DNA from: Mizuhopecten yessoensis | Taxonomy: Eukaryota | Assembly (NCBI RefSeq): GCF_002113885.1 | Contig: NW_018406931.1 | Location: forward strand, 243,253-307,252 | DNA length: 64,000 bases | Direction of reading: 5' to 3' | In this document: in pieces, positions 36,226 through 47,959 of the stretch | Numbering within the stretch: the first letter of the stretch is position 1 | How the letters are laid out: each line of letters begins with the position of its first letter | Position numbers and translations under genes: made by a program | The notes under the pieces: model-generated | What the model was told of the DNA's origin: nothing | Databases searched by the model: none | The model's input: only the letters and a program-made list of their open reading frames with translations

Positions 36226-38039
36226 ACATGCAGTGCATATGGTACTAGATTGTACTCCACACTTTGTACTCCACACTTTGTATCTCTTTAAATACTTTAT
36301 GCTCCAACTAATGATGCCATTCAAACGTTTGAAACATGAACAAACCTCAATGAAAAAATAATCAAACTAACAACACATTTTGTAATGATTTACCGGTACA
36401 TAAAACTTCAATTAATTTAAAAACCATTTTAAACTTTTCAAAATCTTGTACAAACTCATATGCGAAAAATCCGTTTTCATACAAATTACTGCTAATGACA
36501 TTCTTTAACAAAAAGCTACAAGACATACACTAAGTTGTCAGCACGCAATATAGATACAATACATAGCAGGCACAAAATATCATTTAATGTTAATTGAATT
36601 GTTCTGGTATTAAAAATTTAGTAAAACATGTTAATCATGTTTATACAAACTTTTCTACCTATCATGATTTTCAATATTTCACAACCTCTTGGAATAGAAA
36701 ACTTAAAATTCATCATGGTACTTATGAAACTTATCATATTGTATCAGAATCCTAATGAAGTCTTTATATAAAATATATATATATATACTGTAACCATTTT
36801 TTTATCTTAAAATAATTTGTAGCTTCAATCATATTAGTTCTAGATCTGTTAAACACAAATAATTCTTTTTTATACCAAACAATTTGTTGAATAAATCTAG
36901 TTGCATGATTATAAACTGTGGTTCCGTGGCCATAACTCTACTGCCAGAAAAGGAACAGGTAGAAAAATCTAAACACTCATTGTTTAACCTATTCATGCAA
37001 TTAAATTCATAAAACCATCCGTTTCTCATGATAAAATAACATGATACCATTTCAACAGGTAATGTGTCATGGCCATGAAATCTTAAAGCTATTTTGTTTT
37101 GATTTCAGATAAACACTGGAGCCGGTGATTACAAAAAGTGCACTCTCACTTCACTGTATATATTTCTGGAATAGTCAAGTAGGAATACTCTAACATATTT
37201 CTTTTTCTCTGTTTTCTTTACTATTGTAAAGGCACTAATTAACATCTCACCATTGATATAAAACTGCAAAAAATCAAGAAGTGATATAGATGTGTTGTTT
37301 GTACAATAAAAAAAAATCAATATGTTGAATGGATCATTTTGTTTTTAAAAGCTACTTAGATGAAATCAAAAGCCTAATATATATATTTATATACATTATA
37401 TATGGATATTATCATACCCAATATGAACCCCTACATAATGATAATACACAAACAGTACACAAGACTACAATTGTATAGTAGTGTATCCAAGCTTATAGCC
37501 TATACTCATTGGAATATACATGTACAAGTTAATTGGACAGAGAAATTCCATTTTTTTCTTTCTTTAAACTTTTTTTTATATGGTTAACCTTTTCACCGCT
37601 TGAATCATATTTACCATGATAGAATTATCATTATATTGCACATTATCGTTACTTACACATATATATACACAAATACATACAAGCAAAAATGATTTTGAAA
37701 ACTGACCAAATTCAAACACCTTTGCTGTCAACTTTGCTCAAGTGGTATTTATAAAATACATGCATATGTGAACTTGTCAGGTCTGACAGCATTGTTAATC
37801 CTTGATTACTTTCATTTGCATGAGCTATAGAAAAAGCACCTTATTGTTGTGAAATTATTACAAAATGCTAATTTTTCAAACATGTTTGTTGCATGATTCT
37901 TACACACACATTTCTACAAAGACTTTGATAATCATAAAAATCAACACCTATCACAAGTACATCTTGGTACAAAAAAAAAATGTCTTTTTTAATATAATTA
38001 GAAAGACAAGTATCACAATAAAGACACTTCTGTTAACGT

Positions 38040-39215
38040 CTAATACTTGACATATCGCGCAGTGTTGTGTGAACTTTTCCGTCGTTTTGACTGGCCGCTG
38101 ACAATCTTTTTCCTCCTCTTTGTGGCCTGTTTGAAGCCAGTGAATGGTAAATCACCTTGCCAGTCCTCATCATCATCGTCCTCTTCTGGATTGTACCAGT
38201 CATCCTGGAGTTGACACCCTGACAGTAGCATCCCTGAGGACACGTGCGACTTTCTTTCAGACTTCCGCATAGGTTGTTGATCGTCAGAGGAATCTGGGAT
38301 GGAAGGACGTGATAATGCTTTTGAAAGCTGAGGATATTTATCTGACTTTCCTTTCTGACGTCGATTTGTCTTTGTTGCTGCTGCTGTCTGCTGTAGCTTT
38401 AGCTGAGTCTTATAAGCTGCCTCAGCACTTTCCACTTTCATTACAGCCTTCTTCAAAATGTCTTTAAAATTACTGCGGGCAAATTTCAGTCGCTCCTGTG
38501 ATGGCCACGTGACTGGTTGACTATTTTCATTGGTGGCAGGTGCAAGAGTTGGTAAGGAGTTGGTAAAAGATGGCCTAAGAGGCTGGTTGATCGTACCCAT
38601 ACTTAATTTCCTCTTTGACATCTTGAGTGCCCTCTGAGCATCAGGTTTCATGGGTGTGATTCCAGGCTTGTTGGTATCAGCTGGACTAAGAATACCAAGT
38701 CTGTGATCCACCACTGTTGTAAACTCTTCCTGACCTGGAGCTGTGTCAAATAACCTCATCCTTTCCTTCAGTTTTTTCCCTTTTGGAGAGTTCATGATGG
38801 CTTTCCCTTTGGGTGAGTTCATAATCTCATTTAAAGCCACTTTACCTTTCGGTGATTTCAGAATGTCATCTAACACTTGTTCATCAAGATCTAAGCTGAA
38901 AAGATTTTCTTCAAAATTGGCAAAAAAATCCTTTTCCCACTCCTCAGAGATTCCAACATCTTCGTACACTGGGGGTTTCTGTAGATTGTCAACACTGTAG
39001 TGATCAGCAGAACGCTGTCGAATCATCGGCTTGACTGGACTAGTCTGTGTCTGGGAAAGTAGTGCCATCTGTCCAGAAGGGATCACTGATCTCTGTACCA
39101 GGGGACCGGGTGAGAGATAACCACTGTCATAAGGTGCTTCCTGCTTGATCTGTGTTAGTAACGTTACATTGTCAGAGGACTCTTCCTCTTGCAGAATGGA
39201 CGTCAAGCCCAACAT
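38040..39215 (-). CDS. Uncharacterised, largely disordered nuclear protein (~391 aa, single coding exon)
   Basis: 1.2-kb stop-free ORF, GC-richer than its AT-rich flanks. Splice acceptor tttcag| at 39236, first downstream ATG at 39215. Motifs include DSGYLSP, SPKGK x3 and a C-terminal bipartite NLS. No family recognised. Confidence 0.8.
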   Translation of the reverse strand: MLGLTSILQEEESSDNVTLLTQIKQEAPYDSGYLSPGPLVQRSVIPSGQMALLSQTQTSPVKPMIRQRSADHYSVDNLQKPPVYEDVGISEEWEKDFFANFEENLFSLDLDEQVLDDILKSPKGKVALNEIMNSPKGKAIMNSPKGKKLKERMRLFDTAPGQEEFTTVVDHRLGILSPADTNKPGITPMKPDAQRALKMSKRKLSMGTINQPLRPSFTNSLPTLAPATNENSQPVTWPSQERLKFARSNFKDILKKAVMKVESAEAAYKTQLKLQQTAAATKTNRRQKGKSDKYPQLSKALSRPSIPDSSDDQQPMRKSERKSHVSSGMLLSGCQLQDDWYNPEEDDDDEDWQGDLPFTGFKQATKRRKKIVSGQSKRRKSSHNTARYVKY

Positions 39216-40718
39216 TGTAGTTCCACTGTAGTTATCTGAAAGTACACAAGAATTTAACAAAAATGAAATAATACTACACATTTTTTTCTTAATCTGTAAA
39301 GTTCATCCCTACATTAGTATTGACTTCCATTCAGCTAGCAATCATAGTTAAACATGAATGCCAGCTAGTTGAACAGGACAGATTTTATAAAGTGTTCTAG
39401 TGCTTCATATTGAATTTGTCACATTACAGTTTGTAGCTTTCAAGTGCATTTTCAACAAGACATAGCTTTCAAAATTGAGTATCAAGCTTTTTAATAAAAT
39501 AGTAATATAAGCTCTGTTAAAGTCAGAACTGCTGCTCTATATAAGCATAGTAAAAATATTTTCCCCCCAAAAATGCCTAAATACCAACCCTATTCTATTC
39601 AAAGCAGAAACAGCTACTAAACAAACATTTTTTTGCCTTAATACTATATGCTTTACTTAGAGATTACTACTCAAGATTTATCTGTAACAGATAAAGGTAA
39701 AATGCAACAGCCAGACTGGGATTTGAATCTGGGACCTCCCAAGTCTAGAAAGACACTCTATATCCAACTGAGCTGTATGGTATGTCTAGTCATCAGTAAT
39801 TAGTATGTACTTCTCACCCTATCCAAGTTCTGCTAATTACAATGATAGAACATATATCACAATTGCAAATTGTTACAATTGTAAGAGATGCAAGTTATTC
39901 AATCGATATATTATCACCCCCATAGAAGTAAAAGGTACCTATTAAAATCTGTGGTATAACATGACTATCAAAATAAAATGTAAAACAAAAAGCAAAGATA
40001 TTGTATATGTTTTTATGTCTGCCTTTTTTGTTCCAAAAATTATCTACACTTCACCTTTTTATGTAATATACACTACAAATGTCAGTGGCTCTGATCAAAC
40101 CTGGAGAAAACAAAATTGGTCACATTTTTTTCTGATGATGTACATATGCATGTAACAAGATGTGCCAAGAGAACATACACTATAGTCTATACCTCAAAGA
40201 AAGCTATTTGTTTTATCTTACAAATTTGCCTTCATAAATGCTTGTTCAGCACTTTTTTTTGTCTTAATAAGCAGTCAGTCATCTCAAAAACAGAGACACA
40301 ACGTGGTATACAAACTATTCATGACAAAATATTGAACAAAATCTGTTAAAGGCCTATACTTCGTTACTTTTCACATCACAAAAAATGAGAACAGTTCCGG
40401 TATTGTTATTGTACGGGAACAAACTCAACCCACATTGTTAATCCGTAAGATCATAATCAATACGAGAAAAACATATCATGACAATATAACAAATTACTTG
40501 ATTTATAAAGAAAGTTATTTCTTATTGTGATATGACATAAATCAGGCTCTAAACTCCACTGATGACATTACCCATTACTGCAATAAACAGCTGTTTCCCA
40601 AGCTGACATTGCCCGAAAATCGACCATAATTCAGAAGCGAATATTAACCATATTTGAGCTTGAATATTTGTTATATTACATACATGCAACAATTGTTGAT
40701 AAAGGATCAAATTTATAC

Positions 40719-41184
40719 CTCTTTTTGTAACGGATCGGAGGAATTTTCAGCGTAAAAGGTCTATGAAAAATCGGTATTTTCTTTCCCTTCGCAGGTTGGC
40801 GCCATCAGCCTCGTTCTGCCGTTAGATATTATTGGTGGAATTTTCTCGGATATCAACCAATCAAAACCGATTTCAATCGTTTCCGCTGTCCAGAATCAAT
40901 TTGGCTATATTTAGCTATTTGGAGATGGTATGGATATGATTTCCTGACTAAATGTAAGACCGTTGCTTTCCTTGGATTTTAAGCAGGCCTTAAGCTTAAA
41001 TAGGAAAAGCACCATCATCTACAAACCCTAATGAAACGTATGCATGAGAATGGAGACCAATCCGGGCGGATAAAATGGGTAAATTGACATGCTTTTTCGT
41101 GCTATCAAATGTCACTGGCTTTGGCTTCAATGAATACACAAGCTACTGTGATTTCTAGAGTAAACAACCTCGAATGCTCAGCAG
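40719..41184. promoter_or_regulatory. Putative bidirectional promoter and non-coding first exons of the orphan gene (-) and the zinc-finger gene (+)
   Basis: CpG-enriched. E2F/YY1-like TTGGCGCCATC (40796-40806); CCAAT boxes at 40831 (reverse), 40857 and 41057; GC box at 41064. Outward-facing donors GAG|GTATAA (-, 40718) and CAG|GTACCG (+, 41185). Both genes have an acceptor just before their ATG. Confidence 0.6.
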
Positions 41185-42578
41185 GTACCGTCAATATCAT
41201 AACAGTAGCGTTGTTTTTTCGGTACTTTATAGCCTATTAGCCGTAAAGATAATCCAGGATGTAAGATAGACAGTCCAGCTGAGCGTGTCTACTGGTGCCC
41301 TAGATTTAATTGATTATAGAATGGTGTCAACTGCATGTGTCTAGATTTAAAGAAATTTATAAATATGTATTTAATAATCTGTGTTAGCGATACAGATAAT
41401 TCAGATACAAAGACGCGAAAGGGAGAAGTTTGTTTTAAATACAGATGTTCCTTAATTTTAATGGAAACTTAAGAGTTAATCAAATATTGCAATTGTTTAC
41501 TGGTAATGAATTGCATGAAAAAATATAATGACATCATATAGGATATTTCACTATTAAAGCATACCACATACTACATTACAGTTGTACAAGCAACATTTGT
41601 GAATTGTGTCATTTTACTAATTCACATCATAAAAAACATTAAAAATGGAAACATTGTGTCTGATCTGCAAAGGGTGCAGTTTTATTTGATGATATATTAA
41701 TTATAACCATAAACAAAATGTACAATATTACAAAAGAATGAGAGACAGCCACTGCCTATATCAGTCATATTCATGATGTCCATGATAATAAAAATATCAT
41801 AATTAAGTAACATACACTTTCTTAATTATGTAATCCTATCTTAGATAGTATAAATATAATAGTGTTCAAAACATAAATCTTGGCCATGCTTCCTGTTTTT
41901 CCAAGATTCATAATGGTACAATTCTAAAAGGGAAACTTCATATATTATGAAATGAAATTGGATCAGGTTTCCTGGGTCTAATCCTACTTAAAATATATAT
42001 ATACCCTTCATGTACATGTAAATCATTCTCTTGATCGAGTTAAAAGTCTACTTAAGACAGGCTCCTTGTAAGGAGATACAATTCATTATATGCTTATAAC
42101 ATCCAGGTAGATACCTGACTATTTCAAGTGAAACATCTGCATTTAAAAGTTACAGCAATGAACAGATTTGTCAAACTCCATAATTAAAGAAAGTGTACAA
42201 AGTATCTACCGGGGTATTAACTTTTATTCTTGGTTGTTTGTGTTCAACACTTCATTTTGATAAAGTACAGTTCAGGAAAAGTGTTAACTGCTCTTCAATA
42301 GGCACAAAACCTAACAATTTTATTAGTTTTAGAAAGTATATTTAATGAATATTCCAAGTGTGCATTCTTTCCGGTGTGCATTTGATTTATCATTTATAAA
42401 TAGGTACATGTATACTATTATAATAAATCAAATCCTTACACATCATGATCATTTAACCAAATATTTGAATGTCTTTTTTTTTGGTATATTTTCAGATTGC
42501 CTGATGAAGACTTCTCCAGTTCTGACAAGTCACGGTATGGGATAACACATCTCCTCAAATAAACATGAATTTACAAGA

Positions 42579-45537
42579 ATGAGGACGTACAAGGAGCCCA
42601 AGCGGATTGATAAGCCCCGTGCCCGGGAGCCAGGAATTGTCAATCCTGACTATGTTAACCGCATTGCAGCAAGTTATCACCAGAAAAATAATGTTATTCC
42701 AGATGGAAGCAGCAATAATGAGACGGACCCCTCGGGGACAAATCATCACTGTGACAATATCAACAGTTCAAAGGACAGTGAAGAGGGAACCTCCTGCACT
42801 ATCCAGGAGGAGGAGGAGATAACTCCGGAAAATGAGGCTGAAGATGCAGAGATTGTGCACTGCAATGATGCAGGCAAATTCAAAGATCTCGACAATGGCC
42901 TTGAACAGGAGGTCAATCCCTTGAGTGATGAGGAGGCTTGTCACAACGAAAGGGAGATGGAAAGAGAGGAAAAAGCTGTGCTATCTCCACTATCACCTCC
43001 TGACTGTAGGCCTGACGTAGTGGACCAAGAATTGAACAGTGAAATTATAAGTGAAAAAACTGATATACCAGCTGTTAGCCCTCAGATGAATAGCAATAAT
43101 AGCACTACAAAAAAGAAAAAGGCAACCAAACAAAAACCGAAGCCAAGTGAAAAGTCTGACACAAAGAAGTCTGTGAAGACAAAACCCACAACAAACAAAA
43201 AGAAAACATCAGCAAAACCGTCAAAGTCTAAAGATGCAATTCACAAAGAGTTAAATGGCACCAAAGAACACAAAGATGATACTGATGTAATGGACCCTGT
43301 CTTGTTGAATCAGGATCCTTCCCCACCTAAGAAAAAGAAATCCAATAATAAATCACTGCCTTCCAAAAAATCTCAGAAAAAGTTACTAAAATCAAAGAAA
43401 GAAGTAGCTAATGAAAACGATGTAGAAGAACTGCATAATATCACTGATAAGGATGACCTGGACACTTCTAGTAAGTCTGATGCATCCTCTCCAAGGGTTT
43501 CAAAACGTACACCAAAGAGAAACAGAAAGTATCATAGTGAGGAGGAAACTGAATGGCCAGTAAAGGAGGACTCGGAGCCTGGAAAAAAGAAGGATGCTGT
43601 AGGAAAACCACCAGCCGGGAAAAAGCCTCCCATCAGAAAGAGAAAGCTTCTATTTGAGGATGATGACATTGATGAGGAGGAGGAGGAGGAGGAGGGGGAG
43701 GTTGCTGTGGCAGCACCTAAAGATGTAATAGTTAAAAAACCAGTGAATAAAAAACGTAAAAAAATAGAAGACAAAGCAGCGACAGAAACAAAAGCAGAAA
43801 CAGTTACAGAAACTGCAACTGAAAGTACAGTTGTGGAAGGAACTGGGGAGGCAAAACCAGAAACTGTCCAGAAAAAAGCGAAAAAAGCAAGAAAGAAACC
43901 TGCTGCTAAGAAACCAAAGACAGCAGTTAATGAAAATATTCCTCCAACAGATACTCTTACAGATGGAGGAAAGAATGTAGGTAATGATTTAGGTAGAACA
44001 AGTCAAGAGGACAAAGTTGTTGCCCCCGATCACGACTGTAATGAACTGAAAGGTACAGAGGACAATGAGACCACGGACACTAAATCAAAACCTACTGTCT
44101 GTAAAAAAGTAGAGACATCTGACATCAAAAAGAAAAAGAAAACTGTCAAAAAGCGGAAAGTTACACCACCATCAGAAGAAGTGAATAAGAACACTTCTGC
44201 AACAGAGGAAGTGGGTAGTAGTTCTTTAGTTAACAAGGCAAGTGGGGAAACATGTGATAAACCGTTAGAAGTGAAACCGTTAGAAGTGAAAAAGAAAACA
44301 ACTAAAAAGAAAAAGAGCATAGTTCAAAATAAGGAAAGTACAAATGATGAAAAGAAGGAGCTTGTTGTGAAGGAGGAAACTTCAGAAAAAGAAGGAGATG
44401 CTGCCAAAGAAGTGAAAGAGGAAAACATGGAGTCAAAAGGGACAGAAGGTTCACCTCAAAAACCAATTATTCCAGTTGTAAAGAGGCCTCCAGTGGTGAT
44501 CACCTGTCAGCACTGTGGTCACATATCACACAGCAAGGGGGCCAACACACGGCACCTGCGTAAATGTGTGGTCAGTATTCTCAAGGGGGAGGGGCCTATG
44601 TCCCCTACCCGGGCCAGCTCCAGCGGAATGGAGTCAGAGATTAAAACCGAGGGATCTGCTGAAAATGGGGAGGACACCCAGGATGTGAAAACCACTATTT
44701 TATTACAAAACCAGGAGATAAAAAAGATAGAAACAGGCACGGCCGGGGAGGCCCAGTATAGGTGTCAGCACTGTACGTATGCAACACCAAAACGGGCCAT
44801 GTTAGCTCGCCACATGAGGACTCATGGTATTTATGTGTGTTTGCGATGCACATTCATTTCTGACACTCATGATAGCCTCAAGGACCATTGTCACAGGGAG
44901 CACAAGGACAGAACAGACTTTAAGTTATGTCGAAAGTGTAGTCGTTATGTCAAATGTACTGAAATACCCTTGGAGAAACACATGGAGGAATGCTTAGGGC
45001 CAGTCCCTTTCATTTGTCATCACTGCAGCAAAGAATTCAAATATGAATCATCTCTCAAATCCCATATCATACGCCATAATCCAGATGCACCAAAACGCTT
45101 CCATTGTGAAAAGTGCAGCTACGAATCGAACTACAAAGCCAACCTTAAAAAGCATATGGCTAATATCCATGGGGAAAAGGTGAAGCATGTGCGTTGTGTG
45201 CATCCAGATTGTGAGAAAATGTTTTACACTGAAGACAGTATGCGAAGACATTTAAAATGGCATTCAGAGGAACGACCTTTCAAGTGCCCAAATTGTGACA
45301 AACGATTCAAAACGAACACTGCCCTACGGGGTCATAAGGTGATACATGACCCTTCTCGCCCATTTAAGTGCAATATCAATGATTGTACAAAGGATTTCCG
45401 ATCCAAGAAACATTTAAAAAATCATCAAGAAGAATTCCATCAAATTGCTGACAAGAAATTTCTGTGTAATCAGGAATCATGTACATTTGCATTCTTCAAA
45501 AGAAGCCACTTAGAACGCCATCTCATCACACACACTG
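42579..45537 (+). CDS. Large C2H2 zinc-finger protein, coding exon 1 (total ~2258 aa, 12 fingers)
   Basis: Lys/Glu-rich disordered N-terminus, then 10 fingers (8 C2H2, 2 C2HC). Donor CACACTG|GTTTGT splits the HTGER linker. Acceptor tttcag| at 42496. Confidence 0.92.
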
Positions 45538-46608
45538 GTTTGTATTTATGAAAATGGTTAATGGTGTGAATATTTGCATTATATTTTCCTTTGATAGAGG
45601 TCAGAGAGGATATTGTAATCATGCTCTGACATCCATCTGTGCATCTGTAGTATTTGGGAAAGGTGTGGCTTAACACAATAAAATTCAATGGATTCATTAC
45701 ATAAACTCCTGATACTGTACCATTGCATTTTATAAGGCCAAAACTACCCCGACTGACACTAGTTTTTACCTCTGACCCCAACAGCTTTATCTCACTTGAA
45801 CACTCTCCATATGCATCCAGTGTTGGGATAACTTGTCAACCAGATGCAAATAAATTTATGGACAAACAAACAAGGCAACTATATCCTCTCTGCTTCATAG
45901 GCAGGTATTAAACCAAATTTAAATCCCATATTATTATTCAAGAGACCTAAAAATATGTTTTGTGATTTTTCTTATTTCTTATTACCCAAAAGGATTTAAA
46001 TTTGCGAAAAAGTCGAATGATATACATGTCTAGGTCAATTCAGAATTGGGCAACTTGTTATAGTATATTATTATACCAAATTGTATAGGAAACAATATTA
46101 ATGCAAATAAACAACCAAGTGACATGATTACCCAAATAAATGAGTCCAGACAATATACAAAATAACAATGCTAGTTGGTTGAATTATACAGGGGAAGTGC
46201 ATGTACATCTTTCATGCACAACATGACTTTTACAAAATGTGATATCAGCTGTAATATTAGAAGTTATATGATAGGTTTCAGTGTCTTTGCCTGACATATT
46301 ATATATTATATAAGTGGGAGTAAAATCAAGCATCATTAACCATTTATTCTTACCCCTTTATATGGCTTGCCTTGAGCTCTAACATTTTGAGGGCCAAAAG
46401 CCATTTTAGGAGGTCATATACCCCATATGAGGGTGAAAGGAAATCCCAAGTTCAGCTGGTTGATTAAAATATTTAAACCATGAATAGGAACATGAATGTA
46501 CAAGATATGTACCTATGTGGTATGATGTACTCTACAAGTACATTTGATTTCATATATACATATGTATTGCAATATTTTTAAAGGAACATTGGTATTACAT
46601 ATATACTA

Positions 46609-46794
46609 TTCCGTCTTTGCGTATTGCAGAGTTATCTTCTCTTGGGAGCAGGTATTGATTGTTACGTCATTGGTTTGTGCGAGAAAATGACGTCGTTTTC
46701 TCAAAAAGTGATGACGTTACTCTCACAAACAAGTGACGTAACAATCAATACCTGCTCCCAAGAGAAGATAACTCTGCAATACGCAAAGACGGAA
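46609..46794. mobile_element. Near-perfect 186-bp palindromic MITE in zinc-finger intron
   Basis: About 61-bp perfect arms TTCCGTCTTTGCGTATTGCAGAGTTATC...GTTACGTCA / TGACGTAAC...GCAAAGACGGAA. Confidence 0.88.
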
Positions 46795-47027
46795 CATGCT
46801 TTATAATGGGAATAAAGCACTGTCAACAATGAACCATTAAGCATCCCTCAAATGAAGTCAAAACTAGCTCTCCCTAATCTATTAAGGGACTTTTTTAGAA
46901 ATAGAAATATTGGTATTTCTACCTCTCAAAATTCTTTTCTTTTGCTGGGAAATTTAAAAGTCATCTGAGGCCTAACATTTTATTATGTGACTTATGTTGT
47001 AAGTGGCGAGGCCCCTCCTCCATGATA

Positions 47028-47352
47028 CTCCAGAGGTTATATGCTCACTTTCACTCTGCACCCTGGAATATGTCATAGCAAAATTGAAGGCACGCAGCTA
47101 GCTATTTGATTGGTTCAGGTAAATAAACCTGACCAATCGTTTATATAATGCTGATACCTGTCCTTTGAATATTACAGAGAAGCGAAACCCGACTTCTAAG
47201 CAAGTCATTCTTACTGTTAGTGTTACACGACTGACATCAAATGATCAAACTAGTCTAATCGTCTCACCCACAAGGTGGTTATACTACTGAGCCTTCAATT
47301 TTGCTATGACATATATATTCCAGGGCTGCGAAAGTGAGCGTAACCCCTGGAG
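47028..47352. mobile_element. TIR MITE family, copy 1 (TA-flanked)
   Basis: Long imperfect TIRs CTCCAG.GGTTA..GCTCACTTTC..CCCTGGAATATGTCATAGCAAAATTGAAGGC. Homologous copy at 61341-61676. Confidence 0.78.
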
Positions 47353-47959
47353 TACTGAGGATGCGGGGGCCCTAGCTCTGCTCCATTATATCTTCATATC
47401 TGGGAGATTGAGGATAGTATTACAATACATTATGTATATAATTTAAATACAACAATGATACATGAACCTCCTTTCCTGTTATTCATATATAATTATATAG
47501 CTTTCACACCTGTTACCCTTGTAACACCAAATGATAACCATGTATTTCATTTGTTGCACTTAATTAACACCAATGATAAACTCACCTTTCTTTCTTGAAC
47601 CTTAACCTAAAACCAGTGATTACTCAGCATAAAATTTAAACCAATGATGTCCCAGTCCGTTTGCCCCTCCTCCTCCCCTTCAACACTCATGGTCACTAAA
47701 ATTAAACTGTACACAGCGTACAAATATTATGTAAGAGTGAATGAGTTAACAAGTTGTTATGTAAGGAGAAGAAAATATGATTTAACCCATTCACCCCTAA
47801 AGTACATTCGAACCTTGCCAAATCAAAAACTTAAAGTCTAGTTTAAACATGTAGGGGTGAATGAGATAAGAACCATAAATACTTCTATATATATTTGTTT
47901 ATGGTCTGTGTGTTATTTCATACAGAGATATTTAATAATCTTTTTCTTATACATTTCAG

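Noticed and set aside
38870-38950. Sororin-like C-terminal motif in the orphan (EEWEKDFFANFEENLFSLDL)
   Set aside because: The resemblance is only compositional and the segment is internal rather than C-terminal. It cannot be supported without a profile search.
39216-39281. N-terminal extension MCSIISFLLNSCVLS of the minus-strand ORF as a signal peptide
   Set aside because: It starts at a non-ATG codon and spans the polypyrimidine tract and acceptor, so it is intronic or 5' UTR.
47857-47959. Separate 1306-aa gene with a hydrophobic N-terminus
   Set aside because: The first 34 codons are intron end. Splicing 45537 to 47960 restores the HTGERKF linker, so this is one gene.
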